From contig OZ024740.1 in NCBI GenBank assembly GCA_964016885.1, positions 172,174,001-172,238,000 of the forward strand: DNA of 64,000 bases, in the 5' to 3' direction. The notes beneath the pieces are model-generated. The model made no database searches. It was not told the DNA's origin and saw only the letters and a list, made by a program, of their open reading frames with translations. Position numbers and translations under genes: made by a program. Below, in pieces: positions 44,562 to 58,554 of the stretch; the first letter of the stretch is position 1; the number at the start of each line of letters is the position of its first letter. This stretch comes from Eledone cirrhosa. Taxonomy: Eukaryota.

Positions 44562-46060
44562 GATCATCATCATCATTTGACGTCCGTTATCCCTGTTAGC
44601 AAGGATTGGCCAGGTTGTCACAGAACAAGTCAGTACTTAATTGGAGCAACTGACATCTTAGATAAACTGGCTGTCACGTTTCGCTTACATATTTCCACTT
44701 TCTCTCTCTCTCTAAAGAGGGCCACGAATACATACTTTGACACAGGAAAGGCTGTCATATCTCTCGCCAATTGAAGACACTTTGTTTGCCAGGTTTTCTA
44801 CAGCTGGATACTCTTCTAATCACTAACCACTTCACAGAGGGTAGTGGGTGCTTTTCATCGTGTCACCAGCCTTAGAGAAGTTGTCGTACCCATAACACAA
44901 TTGAAGGGTCCTTTTGACCCCTTTTCTATATTGTATTTACGACTGTATGCACCCCTATTACAACTACTTCACATAGGTTGTCGTGTTGTGGCTGTAGAGT
45001 ACACTCACCCCTTTGACTTAGTTTCTACGGCTAGAAGGCCTTTCTAAAATTAGCCAATTAGAGTGTACAGGTTTCATTTTATCGTGGCACAAAGATTGGC
45101 ATTACAAATCCACCGGAGCATATCTACCATATTTCGTTCTACATTATCTACAGTTAAGGCCCATTTAGCATTGAAGTCTGCCCACAAGCATCATATAGCC
45201 TACCTTTCATTTTGAGGGAGAAGCACTTAGTTGTTAGCAATAGTACAATTCCATGAACTTCGTCCTGCACGTCTTTACTATGGCTATTCTACTTAGAGAG
45301 GAAACTCCCCTATTGCTGATCATATCACTCAGATAACATAAGTTGACTACAACTTCTAGGGAGCCTCCCGAGTAATTAAGGGAATTTAGTGCTTATTTCT
45401 CTTGTTCATTTGCTATATAGAAAGTCTATCTTCTTTGTTAATTATCCTTTTATCCCACTACATATCCTATGCGTCTGTATATTACAATGTGAGCACCTTG
45501 TGAAGATTCTGCCCACCACTTTTCGATATATCGAACATGTCCGTTTCCCAGACGGTAACAGATTACTGTCTTCTTTCGTGTACATTTTGGCTTTACTTTA
45601 TGTAAAGGACTTTCGATTCTTAACTTTTTTCAATGTCTGGAATTTCGCCTCTAACTCTTCCACGAATGTTAGATAATCAGCATACAGGAACTCCATTGGG
45701 TCGACAGTCTTAATCTCCTTTGTTATGACGTGAAGAACAATGATGAACAAAAATGGACTGAGAAACGAGCCTGATGGATCCCTACCTACATTTCAAATTC
45801 GTCATTATACTTATTACCAACTCTGACCTTGTTGCTTGCATATCTATACATTGTCTTGTACGGCCCACACAAAACAGTTGTCTACACATAGCTTTCTAAA
45901 CGGCCACAAGAGCATGGGGAACATGTTCCAGGCCTTCTCTACACCAATGAATGCGAGTTACAGAAGTTTACCTTTACCTAAGTACTTCTGCCGTCCTCTA
46001 CCGAAGAAAATGGAATCGGCATTATACCTATCCTGCATAAAATCAAACGCCATCACCTCC
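44562..46060 (-). pseudogene. highly decayed RTE-clade LINE
   Basis: Minus strand gives KVRVGNKYNDEFE..GIHQ and SPFLFIIVL-like RT segments; (CAT)n tail at 44563-44576. Confidence 0.55.
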
Positions 46061-46392
46061 ATTTCTGTCTGTCTATCTGTCTACCCTCCTCACTTTCTCT
46101 CCTTCTCTCTACATATACATAAATACATATATACATACATAATACATAGACACACACACAAACACATAGAACAAACACAATATATGTCCGTCCCCTTATC
46201 TATAGTTCATATTGAAATAGATATATTACAAAACAACCTTATTACTTATTATCAGTGTCTGTTGAAGTTGTGTTGGTGATTGCGAGATGACTGCATTATG
46301 GAATCATGAACGCCACAGAAATATGTATTACGGCGGATTCTGAGTAAAATGAGTTATGAATTTCTACATCTGGTATCTCAATTATCATGATC

Positions 46393-46434
<42 letters not shown>

Positions 46435-46562
46435 GGAAGCAGCTGTTGAAATGGGAAGAACTCAGCCGTCGGGTCTCGACTCCTTATCATATAACTATAC
46501 TATACTACCCCAAGTACTCTATTGAATAATGGTCTAACCAGTTTCAAACTGAATCCATCTTG

Positions 46563-46599
<37 letters not shown>

Positions 46600-46603
<4 letters not shown>

Positions 46604-48900
46604 CTTATCGGACAAACAAACTCCTTCATAAGAAGATTGAGGTGGCGTGCTTTTCATTTCGAGAATAAAAAAATAAACAGGAAAAACAACAACAGTAATT
46701 TTGAAAACATCTTCAAATCCAGGAAAAATCCTCCATACAACAAACTCCTGGAAGATTTTGAAAGTGAAATTTTTAATATATTAAGGAGGATAAAATTTAA
46801 GAAAAACCCATATAAAGGCCAAGATTACCTTAGAAGTCTGAAAGAAAAAATTATTGATATAAAAAAAGGAAATAAAATATTGGTGAAGTCAAACAAAACC
46901 AACAACAATGGGATAGATAAAACAGAATATAAGGACTTAATTTTAAAAGAATTGAGAAAGAATTACAGAAAGGCCCCGGCTAGAGATCTAGTAGATATCA
47001 ATAATGATGCATTTGAAATAATCGCCAAACTCGGAATTGAAAGAAAAACCGAACCTTTCATACCAAGGCAACCGAGGATAAATTTTAAAGACCACAAAGG
47101 AAATTTCGAAGAGTACTTGCCGGTTAGGCTTATAGCACCTTCTAAGTCGGACATTGGAATAATTAGTAAAAATAGTATAGATAGAATTTTGCCAACATTG
47201 AAATTGAAGTCAAAGCTTAACTTATGGAAGGACACTAGTGAAGTAATAGATTGGTTTAGGAACATTGAAAATAAGAAAAATCATAAATTTATTCAAATGG
47301 ACATAACGAGTTACTACTCATTTATAACACCTAATCTTTTGAACAAGGCTTTATCTTACGCATATAAACACACTGATCTATCTAGTGAGGAGATTAATAT
47401 CATATTAACGGCTAGACGAACCTTGATTAATTTTAATAATGATTTTTTTGGACTCGTTCTGATAGGCATAAAAATTTCGACATTACCATGGCATCGTCCG
47501 ATTCTGCGCAGATTACCGATCTTCTGGGAATTTTTATCCTTAATATGATAAATAGAAAACTGTCGGAGATTACCGGTGGTTTATATAAGGATGATATATT
47601 ATTTACTGTAGTTAAACATAGTAATAGTGAACTAAATAGGGTAAAGAAAACAATTACAGAATTCTTTAAAATTTACGACCTGAAATTAGAAGTAGAAAAT
47701 AACAGTAAAGTAGTTAACTTCCTAGATGTCACCCTTAATTTAAATTCAGGACTATATTACCCCTTCCATAAACCCAATGAAAACCTAAATTGCGTTAGCT
47801 TTTATTCCAATCATCCTAAATATGTTAAAAATGCAATAGTCAATAGTGTTCAACAACGTCTAACTAGATTATCTGCTAACAAATCCATTTTTAATAACAA
47901 AGCTAGATATTATAATGAAGCGTTGCATAAGGCAGGATATAAAAATATTATTGAATATGTAGATAACAGTAATTCTAATTATAAACTAAATAATAATAGG
48001 AATAATATAAATAAAGCAGACTGTAAAAATAAATATAAAAATAATATAAATATAAATAAAAATACTAATTTCGTGAATAAATTTGGGAAAACAAATTAGA
48101 ACTAAATATGTTATTTGGTATGCCCCACCAGCATCTTTAGCTATTAAAACACCCTTAGCACAATTATTTTTTAAAGCATTAGATAAATGTTTCCCTAGAA
48201 CACATAAATACTATTCTATCTTCAATAGACACACAGTTAAACTATCTTACTCAACAACTATGAATATGGCTCAAAATATTGCAAAAAATAAATAGCAGAA
48301 TTCTTAGTTATAACCAACAGATAATTAGCGATAATGAAAATATTAATATTAACAATAATATAGTTACGGAGAATAACAATAACATTAATTTAAGCACTTA
48401 CAGTAGAACACCTACAAATATTAGCAATGATAATGCGAACAGTTTAGATTATAGAAATAGCAGAAAATCGAACTGTAACTGTAAGAAAAAATCTGAATGC
48501 CCATTGCAAAATAACTGCCTTGATAAGAAGTTAGTCTATAAATGTACTGTTAAAGCAAATGATATTACCTATAACTACATAGGTGCAACTTCATCGAGCT
48601 TTAAACTGAGATTTTCCAATCATAAACATTCTTTTTCTAATCCGGATAAGAAATTTCCTACTTCTTTAACACAATTAATATGGTCTTTAAAAGAGAAAAA
48701 TATAAAATACCCAATATTTTGGTCTAGTTTACCGAAATAACTCTATCTCTCCTAACTGCAATCTTTGCAATACTGAGACTCTATTAATAATTGCTAATTA
48801 TGGTAATTTAATTAACAAAAAAAGTGAGTTATTCTCAAATTACTTGCACAAATCTGCATCGACATTTCAAGCATCATACAAAATTAGGAAAAAACATTGA
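46600..48900 (+). pseudogene. PLE reverse transcriptase and C-terminal GIY-YIG endonuclease (several frameshifts)
   Basis: LRWRAFHF, FKDHK, RLIAPSKSDIG, QMDITSYY, GLYKDD, VNFLDVTLNL, SNHP, CNCKKKSECPLQNNC, VYKC..YIGAT, CNLC..E. Confidence 0.9.
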
Positions 48901-50101
48901 CTGAGTGAGAAGAGATATGACTCTTATTAATAATTCTGAGTGAAAAAAGATATTGACTCTGATTAATAATTCTTGTAATGCTTTTATTATTGCTATTATT
49001 AATATTATGTATAATGTTTCTACCTAACCTTAGGAATTGTATAATTGCTCTTTTAAAGAGTATGATACTTTCTGAATTATTTAAATACCCTTAGTTTTGA
49101 TTTAGAAATTTTATTTTAAAAGCTGTATCTTTTAAATTTGATATCTGTAATATCTTCAGACTCTTAAACCGTTTAATTACTTTAAATGTTTGAATACGTC
49201 GTACGAAGATATTGTTTACATTTATCGTATATAAGTTTCGTTTTGTCTAAATTGATTAAGAATCTGTACTTAACTTGATTTATAGTATTGAATACAGTAA
49301 AATTTAGTTAAATCAAAATAATAATACTCTTAAGTGTAATTATAACTAATAGTTAATTTTATATATAATTGACAGATATCGATTTAAATCATATAGTTTA
49401 TAAAAGAACTATACAAATGCTAATATCTAAAAAAGTTTGGTTCAATAATATATTTACTACATTTATAAGCACCATTGTTAGTTAATAATATTTTTAATTT
49501 TGATTTTTATAACTAAATTATTGAATATATTTATTAATTTAAATATACTCATGATTACCCTTGAAATTAAGTTAAATTATCTTTTTCACTTTATATTGTT
49601 TAAATTTTGATATAATATAATAGTATAATTTCTTTCAAATATTATAGACTACAAATTTCATGATATTTAATTGAATATTTCTACCTGACTTAAAATTTGA
49701 AAAAAAAAAACGGTCCCGCATCATATACCTTTATTCTTCTTTTCCTTAAGTAATTATGTTATACAATACATATCTCCCCTCTTTGTTTTTAGTATCATCT
49801 CTCTATCTTTTTCTTTCTCTCCTCCATTTAGCTCTCTCTTTCTCTCATTTGCTCCTTCTCTAATACTGAAGTTTACATATTTAATTATTTAAATTTTTAA
49901 CAGTTATGTAGTTATATGATTATATTTTTTACTTGTCTTTATATATACTTATTATATTTTTTATACACGTTCTCCTACGTACCCTCTCAATTATATGTAG
50001 TTTGTCATGTTACAACTTATGGTATATAAATATTGAGTTTTGTCATAACTAATCACTGCCAAGACTGGAATTGAACCATCAGCATAGTTGAGACATCAAT
50101 T

Positions 50102-50167
50102 TATTTTATCTGATGAGGACGTACTGATGAAATAGCTCAGTACCTCTGAAATATGTATAATAAAATA
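50102..50167 (+). ncRNA. type I hammerhead at the PLE 3' end
   Basis: TATTTTAT-CTGATGA (50110-50116), stem II GTACTGA/TCAGTAC, GAAA 50148-50151, TATGTA, TA, ATAAAATA. Confidence 0.8.
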
Positions 50168-50516
50168 TATTTGATCACATGAATGTCTATATTTATTAAT
50201 ATTTTGAAGTAATATTATATATATATATATATATTATAAAATACTATTAGCTTCTCGCTAAAACAATTTCTATACCTTTCATTTATATATATATATATAT
50301 ATGAATAAATAAATAACCGAGGTTTATTAAATTAATACATTATTCAATTGATTTACATATGTTTAATTCCAATACAGAAGGAAGTAGCGTTTAATTCCAA
50401 TGTACAGAAATCGTCAGAATCATTACATAATGTAATAAAGATATTTTTTACCGATCGCATGTTTACGTAACTCCAGACACGAGGATTCGAAAAACGTAAA
50501 CAATTTTTGTATATAT

Positions 50517-50692
50517 AGGTAAAATTTCGTTATAACGAATGCCATTATAACGAATTTTTCAGTATAACAACATTTTTTTCAATCCCCGGCCACACGCTCG
50601 GTGTGTTAGGTCGATCTCGTTATAAGGAATTTTTCATTACAACGATTTTTTTTTATACCCCGTGAATTTTGTTCTAGCGTAATTTTATTGTA
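50517..50692. mobile_element. pogo/Tigger-like MITE relic
   Basis: GTAAAATTTCGTTATAACGAA start, internal TTATAACGAA motifs in both orientations, end ...AATTTTATTG-TA. Confidence 0.45.
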
Positions 50693-50723
50693 TTAGAAAA
50701 AATGTTGAAAATTATGGAAAACT

Positions 50724-50779
<56 letters not shown>

Positions 50780-51269
50780 GAAAAATGGCGAGCTGTGTTG
50801 TTGCAAATAGGATATATATATAAATAAAGAATTAGAAATAGAAGGCAAGACTATCCGACATCAGTGGTCTACTATCCATCATAGGTATTTCTCCATCGTC
50901 CCACACCGTACGAAATTCTTTCCTCGCTCACATTCGCAAGGCCAAGATGTGTCTTTCGTCTTCTCATCAATATTCGCACGTTCTTATATTCAAAATAAAT
51001 TATTGACTTGATTTTCTCATTTTTTCCTCTCTTTACGTTGCCTCACCATTCGTGTTTGTTTACCTGTCTCTCTTTCTCCACCCAACTCTTTTTATCCCAA
51101 TAACTTATTTTAGTTATTGCTCGCACCAACCTGAGGTATCTGATTTTTAATGCGATGAAATACCAATGATGGTTGGAAAATCCCTGACGAAGGACTATTT
51201 TTATCATATGTAACCCATGTGCAAACCACGCAATATTCTTCCTTCTTCTCATGTTTTATATATATATAT

Positions 51270-51322
<53 letters not shown>

Positions 51323-51427
51323 TATATAATATATACGTACTACCCTAGGGAAGTTTTATGTAGAAAGAATAAATACTGCGTGCAGGCAAGAAAACACGTT
51401 CACACTCACACCTTCACACTCTCTAAT

Positions 51428-51464
<37 letters not shown>

Positions 51465-51637
51465 GTGTTCCATTATCGTTGATTCATTCTGAAGTTAATA
51501 GCAATTTATATTTTCACGCATCACACAAGAGTAAATATGTCCCGATCCTTTTGCTAAGATAATTAGCAACAAATATTTCCATGCTGGAGTAATTTATTAT
51601 AATATCCGTACTAAGAATAATTAGACATTTGATTAAT

Positions 51638-51747
51638 AATTGTTTCTACTATTGGCACAAGGCCAGCAATTACCCAGTGCATTACTGGTACTTTATTTTA
51701 TCGACCCCGTAAGGATGAAAGGCAAAGTTAACCTCGGCGGGATTTGA
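51638..51747 (-). mobile_element. 5'-truncated SINE family A
   Basis: Consensus core and tail only. Confidence 0.8.
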
Positions 51748-51853
51748 TTAATAATAACATCAATGTATGAAGCAATGTTTAAATCAACACCTCCTCTCAC
51801 TACTTCTCCCTCTCTCACTTTCAAAAGAACAAATGTAAACACTGCCACAGACG

Positions 51854-51967
<114 letters not shown>

Positions 51968-52011
51968 GATGTCTATATGTAAGGATGTATATATCAAAGC
52001 AATACCAATAA

Positions 52012-53802
52012 CACCGTGTAACATATTTTTTGTTCCCCGGTTCTAAGTATCATTTCATGGTTTGTTATATCCCATTATTATAAAAAAAACACCATTATTT
52101 AATCAGAAGTTTGGGTTTGTGGTCAGGAGTTTGATATTTCGAAATTTCCATATTTTTCAAGAAAAAACACATTTTTTAAAATTTATCAGTTCATATAATT
52201 AAATCAACAGAGTATATATTTATTTTATTACACAAGCTTATCAAAAGCAAACAAGTAAAAACAAATAACACTTATAAAGCAACTTATACACGTCAGAAAT
52301 AACTGGATTTCATGGATTTGCGGGTGTAGTCCAGGTCGCATTCCCGCACTAGCCCCTAGATATAGTCCCCCATAATTTTTTTCATTGTAGTGGCCCTGGT
52401 ACCTCCGCTCTATCTCTTTCACATCTTGGTGGAATCGTTCGCCTTGTTCTTCTGAGTAGGCGCCCATATTGTCCTTGAATTTTTCCAGGTGAGCGTCCAG
52501 CATATGGAATTTAAGCGACATCCTGCATCCCATGGGGCCAAAAGCCTTTATCAGATCCTGCACCAGTTGCTGGTAGTTTTCAGCTCTGTAGTTGCCCAGG
52601 AAGCCCTTAAAAACTACCTTGAAACAGTTCCATGCTGTTCTCTCAATCCTATTGAGCTTATTGGAGAACTCGGTAGACTCAAACACCTTCTTTATCTGAG
52701 GTCCAACAAAAATTTCACCTTTGATTTTGGCCTCAGATAACTTGGGGAAGAACTCAAGAAGGTACTTAAAAGCGGCTGATTCTTGGTTGAGAGCCTTCAC
52801 AAACTGCTTCATTAACTCCATCTTAATGTGCAGTGGCGGCATGAGCACAATCCTGGGAGCAATCAGTGGCTCCCACATGACGTTTCGGGTCCCAACTACA
52901 AATTCTGTTCGCTGCTCCCAGTTCTTTCTTTTGTAGTGGTTAGAGGTGATTCTGCTGTCCCAAAGGCAGAGGAAGCATTGGAATTTGATAAAGCCTCCTT
53001 GGGGGTCCAAGCAGGAAAGCTACCATCTTGAAATCTCCAATTATTTCCCAATTGTACAGGTTGTATTGCAGAGCTTCCAAGATGACTTTCACACTGTAGT
53101 AATCTTCCTTCAGGCTGACTGAATGAGCTAGGGGGCAGTGTCGAGAACTTGTTTCCATTGTGGAGGAGGACAGCCTTCAAACTTGTGGTGGAGCTGTCTA
53201 TAAATAGCCGCCACTCCTTGGGCACAAACGGCGCTCCATTAACGTCAAATAGTCCAGCCACCTCATGGCAGATGCAGAGGCCATCCCTAAGAGTGTAAAG
53301 CCTGAGAAAGGTTCGTGTCGACTTCACTGACTTGTCACCTGCACTTCCTCCTTGACCAAGTTTCACTGCTTCATCCTGGAGACGAATAGCTCTGCATTGG
53401 ACTTGGTCAGACCCATATCCCTGACCATGTCATTGACTTCTTTTTGGTTTGGGAAGTGAGGAACTTTTTCTGGTACCCCAGTATCAATAAATCTCTTTAA
53501 TCCACTTTTTAACAATTTTATACTTTATTGCACTTTTATAATTTTCTTTAGGTATTACTCTTTATTTTATAATTTTAATTTAACCTGAAACATATATAAA
53601 AAAATCATTTAACATAAGCAAATTAAACTTACATAAAAACGTAAAATCCAGCATACAAATAATTCTAGTGAAAAGCTTAGAATTTTCACAAACCCAAACT
53701 TTTAACTGTGTAATAGCACTTTTTACTTATTTGGGACCTAAGCAACACAAAAAAGTGATTACAAGCCAGGAACAGAGAACATTTTTTTTTTGTTACACGG
53801 TG
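52012..53802 (-). mobile_element. Chapaev3-like (CMC) DNA transposon with TIRs and TAA TSD
   Basis: CACCGTGTAACA.../...TGTTACACGGTG, TAA on both sides (52009-52011, 53803-53805); family name assigned from recalled motifs. Confidence 0.8.
52300..53480 (-). pseudogene. frameshifted DDE transposase
   Basis: WRLFIDSS..SLKAVLLHNGN, IGDFKM, CFLCLWDSR, PPLHIK..LMKQFVKAL, MSLKFH.LDAHL, SEEQGERFHQD. Confidence 0.85.
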
Positions 53803-53892
53803 TAATCAGCCCGTGCTATATCAATGAATTGAAAGAGCATGTGTAATTTTTATTTTTTCTTCATGATATTTTTATCCATGCAACTATTCAAT

Positions 53893-53956
53893 TAATAGCT
53901 GTCTGATGAGGTCATGACTGTTGCAATTATCATCGAAAAATGTATAACAGCAATTA
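53893..53956 (+). ncRNA. decayed type I hammerhead (solo pLTR relic)
   Basis: TAATAGCTGT-CTGATGA-(weak stem II)-GAAA-AATGTA-TA-ACAGCAATTA. Confidence 0.55.
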
Positions 53957-54294
53957 TATAACGAATAAAGGAGGTAAATTCTAGCCTGTTATAATAACGT
54001 TAAAAAGTCATTCTATATGTATACCCTTCAGTAAATAGATAATTTTAGGTATCTTTTCATTGAGATGTTTCTGTATATCAGCGACAAATTAGCTTCTGTA
54101 TGATATTGGCCACTCCTTAATTGTTGAAATGCTGAATTGGTTATATGCGACCTATTTCTATATATTATAAGCCATGCGCCTTCACACACACACACACACA
54201 CACATACACACACACACATAAGCCCTATGCTCTAACCAATAAGCCATGTGCCTTCACACACACACACACACACATATACATATTTATATATATA

Positions 54295-54401
<107 letters not shown>

Positions 54402-54730
54402 TGAAGGCAAATGGCTTATTCGTTAGAGCACTGGGCTTGCAATTGAGGCTGTTAGTTCCATTCTAGGTGATGTGTTGTGTCCTTGAGCAAAACACTTTAT
54501 TTCACGTTGCTCCACTTTACTCAGCTGTAGAAATGAGTTGTGACGTCACTGGTGCCAAGCTGTATCGGTCTTGCCTTTCCCTTGGACAACATCGGTGGCG
54601 TGGAGAGGGGAGACTGGGATGTATGGGCGACTGCTGGTCTTCCGCAAAACAAATCTCGCCCAGGCTTGTATCGCGGAGGGAAACTTTCTGGGTGCAAAGC
54701 CATTGTCATTTGATACCGAGTGGGGCCTAA

Positions 54731-54835
<105 letters not shown>

Positions 54836-55285
54836 AAGAGAGAATGTAGCGAAGTGGCCCACCAGTTGATATATATTAAAAATAGTAAAAAAGAAAAACA
54901 CAGTAGAAAATGCTAAAGGGATTTTCTCTCAGAATAACATCAAAACATTTATTTTCAAAATAGGAATTTCCGCATTAATTGTACCGGTTTCAGCTTATAC
55001 GCTTTTTCACACGACGGAAGCGTATAATGCAATTAAATTGCATATTAATAAGAACAATAGGAATATGGGGGAAAAATTGTTTTTACATACATATTTAGGG
55101 AGAAAAGTTCACATTTCTGTCTGTCGTTTTCTTTCTTTCTCTCTTAGTGCTGACATTAACCGTGACACCACGAACATTAATTTGTTGACTCTCTAATATA
55201 TTTGCAGCCTACTATCCCAAGTATCGAGTCCTCTGCTGAATAAATGGTCTTATTATTTTAAAACTGGTAATCCTGATCAATACAT

Positions 55286-55595
55286 ATCTTCTTCTTGATG
55301 ATCCCAGAGGCATCATTGTCCGTAGAGCCAACCAGGTCCACCAGAGCTCTCCATCGCAGGCTGTCCCACACTAACCCCCCTGCATCCTCCAAGGTGACGT
55401 CAAGCCTCAGGAGATCTTCCTTAATCGCATCCAGCTATCTGGTGCGAGACCTGTTTTGGGTCCTCTTCCAGCCTGTAGCTCTACGTCGAGCGAGAGTAAG
55501 GTTTTGGTAGGATGATCTGGTGGAAGGCGGAAGATATGTCTGTACCATCGTATGTAGCGGATGGCTATGTGGCGGAAGCTTGCGGGATGATGCGT
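55286..55595 (-). pseudogene. 3' end of an RTE-clade LINE
   Basis: RWYRHIFRLPPDHPTK...GWKRTQNRSRTR.LDAIKEDL...RWRALVDLVGS; short (AAG)n tail. Confidence 0.7.
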
Positions 55596-55607
55596 ATATA
55601 TATATGG

Positions 55608-56906
55608 ACTAGGGCAGATATAAACAATAACTTCGATATAACTATGGAATCATCCGATTCCGCTCAGGTAACGGATCTTGTGGGCCTCTTTATAAATAAT
55701 TCTCTACATAGGAAAATACCTGATTTAACCGGAGGTTTATATCGTGACGACATGCTTTTACTTATAGAAAATAATAACTGTGATCTAAATAGAAAAAGAA
55801 AACAAATTATACAATTTTTTAATTACCTTAATCTAAAAGTAGAAATAGAGAATAACCATAAAATAGTTAACTTTCTAGATGTAACACTAAACCTTAACAT
55901 ATGTCTTCATTATCCATTTCACAAACTAAATGAAAACTTAAACTACGTCAATTTTAACTCTAATCACCCCAGATCCGTTAAAAATATTATAGTGAACTCT
56001 GTAGAGGAACGAATTTCGAGAATTTCAGCTAATAAGAATATATTTGATGAAAAAGCACATTATTACAACGAAGCGTTAGGTAGAGCTGGGTATAGAAATA
56101 AAATTAAATACATTGATAATAATAATATAACAACTAACCATAATCGTAACAATTTTAACTATTTTAACAATTTTAACAACTATAATAGAAAACCTTACAA
56201 TAATTCCGAAAACAAAAAAAGAAATAGAACTAGGAACATATTATGGTTCGCTCCTCCTTTCTCATTAAATATTAAAACCCCTATTGCTAAACTATTTTTT
56301 AAAGCTCTTGACAAATGCTTCCCTAGAACACATAGACATTATTCAATTTTTAATAGACATACTATAAAATTAACTTATTCTTCCACCAAAAACTTAGCGC
56401 AAAATATTAATAGAATTAATAATAGAAATTTAAAACCTAACCAAAATACCACTAATAACCCAAGCAATATCCAATTTGATAAATGTAACTGTAGAATTAA
56501 ATCTAACTGTCCGTTAAATAACAATTGCTTAGCTAAAAATATAGTATATAATTGTAATGTAAAAACTAATTTAAATTCATTTAATTATGTGGGATCCACT
56601 TCCACAGAGTTTAAATCCCGCTTCAATAATCATAAAAATTCTTTTACGGATCCAAACAAAAAATCTCCAACTTCTCTATCTAGCTTATTATGGGACCTTA
56701 AACTAAAGAATGTTAAATATTCGTTGATTTGGAATATTATTTCAAAAGCTACTCCTATTAACTCCTCTTCAGAAAATTGTGATTTTTGTATAGAGGAAAT
56801 ATTCTTTATATTAAAGACCAAAAATTCCCTGAACCTAAGGAACAATTTATTCAGTTGCTGTAGACATAGATTGAACTCAACGTTTAAATATAAATATAAA
56901 ACGTAA
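55608..56906 (+). CDS. PLE RT C-half plus GIY-YIG endonuclease (uninterrupted but 5'-truncated)
   Basis: FDITM.SSDSAQVTDLVG, GLYRDD, VNFLDVTLNL, SNHP, WFAPPFS, CNCRIKSNCPLNNNC, VYNC..YVGST, CDFCIEE, CCRH. Confidence 0.85.
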   Translation, partial: TRADINNNFDITMESSDSAQVTDLVGLFINNSLHRKIPDLTGGLYRDDMLLLIENNNCDLNRKRKQIIQFFNYLNLKVEIENNHKIVNFLDVTLNLNICLHYPFHKLNENLNYVNFNSNHPRSVKNIIVNSVEERISRISANKNIFDEKAHYYNEALGRAGYRNKIKYIDNNNITTNHNRNNFNYFNNFNNYNRKPYNNSENKKRNRTRNILWFAPPFSLNIKTPIAKLFFKALDKCFPRTHRHYSIFNRHTIKLTYSSTKNLAQNINRINNRNLKPNQNTTNNPSNIQFDKCNCRIKSNCPLNNNCLAKNIVYNCNVKTNLNSFNYVGSTSTEFKSRFNNHKNSFTDPNKKSPTSLSSLLWDLKLKNVKYSLIWNIISKATPINSSSENCDFCIEEIFFILKTKNSLNLRNNLFSCCRHRLNSTFKYKYKT

Positions 56907-58489
56907 TATATAATTAATTAATTAATTTTATTAATATATTGAACCTATCGATAAATCATTAGATTCCTTCATTTTTTTGACTGATTATACAGTCAAGTAA
57001 AAAAAACTTTTCTTCCTAAATATAAATAAACATAATAAGCTCTTAAAACGGGAAAATAATTTTTGATAGTTTCTCCTATTTTCGAAAGTTTATCTTTTGA
57101 AAGTTTCTTTTTCTTTTTCTTTCTCTTGTGGATATAAAAGTAAATTAAGTTAAATATACGTAGAAAATTTTTATACTAAATTTATTAAACATATTATTTT
57201 AAAATTATAACTTGAAATATTCTATAATATTTTTAAAATTATTATATTGTTTTAAAGTTATATTGCTTATAATTATATTTCCAAATCGTAATATAATTCT
57301 TTTGTATTTTATGTACTTCAATTATACTATGTACTATATTTATATATTATTCTCTCTATATGTGTGCGTATGTGTATGTATATGTGTGTATTGATATACA
57401 TATACATATGTTTTATGCGTGTATGTCTATTTGTATGTATATGTGTATGTGATGCATATCTACATATTCGTGTGGGTACATGCGTATATATATATATGTA
57501 TATGTGTGAATTGTGTTTGTATATATATATATGTATATGTGTGAATTGTGTATGTATATATATATACGTATACAATTCGATTGCACTTATTTATAGAGAT
57601 TATCCCAAGGTTCGTGACAAATAAACATATAATAACAGTCATAACTACATAACAAGTTAATCTTATAAAACTTATATAAAATTGTGTATAATAACATAAA
57701 GTGTGTATAACAAAAAATATTTCCTTTAATATCTTAACAATTGTAACATCTATATAACTAAGTAACGTAATTTTCCTTCACGCTGCTTTGATATTACATT
57801 GAAAAGACTTTCTCTGATTTTATAAGTTTTCCTATATCTTAAATTAAAAAATCCTTTATATTTTGTATGTATATATTATTTAGATATATATATGTATTTT
57901 TTATACGTGTGTATATATATTTATATTTTTGCGTATGTATATGTGTTATATTCTTCTTATAATATATAGTCTTAATAATAATATATAGATTTCTTAATAT
58001 ATAGATCTCAATTTTTAAAGTATTGATCTCAATATTATAACTGATTAACTAAACATATCATATTTAAACAATGGTTAAATTTCTCATATTATATATGTAT
58101 ATTCCATTCATGATTATTAACATTTCTAATTTTATTTATTCATTTAATCTCAAATGTTAAGATAAATCAACAAGATATGACTTGGAGTTTTCACTCTCTC
58201 TCTCCTTCCCCTTTCTCCCCTCTCTCTCTTTTTCTTTTTTCTATTTCTATTTCTTTTCTCTCTCTGTTGTTATGCTCTCTCTCTCTTTTTTCTCTCTTTT
58301 TTCTCTCTGTTATTCTGCTCTCTCTCTTTCTCTTTCTCCGTAACCCAACGGCTTATTTAAAAATATCCAATACTAACTTACCTAATACTATAAGTATAAA
58401 TATAACTCCACTATCCGGGAGCTTCCAACAGTAATGGTTGCATTCTTTAAGGGTATGTCAATATTTATTTATAAAACTGCTCTATATTA

Positions 58490-58554
58490 TATTTTATCCG
58501 ATGAAAGCACACCATAATTTAACTTGGTGTCCTTGAAATATGTATAATGAAATA
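58490..58554 (+). ncRNA. hammerhead with U4C core change at the PLE 3' end
   Basis: TATTTTAT-CCGATGA-AAGCACACCA..TGGTGTCCTT-GAAA-TATGTA-TA-ATGAAATA. Confidence 0.65.

Larger units (their letters stand above)
46598..50213 (+). mobile_element. Penelope-like element (Naiad-type), nearly complete ORF region, frameshifted, in (TA)n
   Basis: RT plus GIY-YIG ORF pieces, ~1.2-kb AT-rich 3' UTR, terminal hammerhead, (TA)n on both sides. Confidence 0.9.

Noticed and set aside
55512-55607. N-terminal extension of the 464-aa ORF
   Set aside because: It is read-through from the antisense strand of an adjacent RTE fragment and a TA run; PLE homology starts at ~55608.
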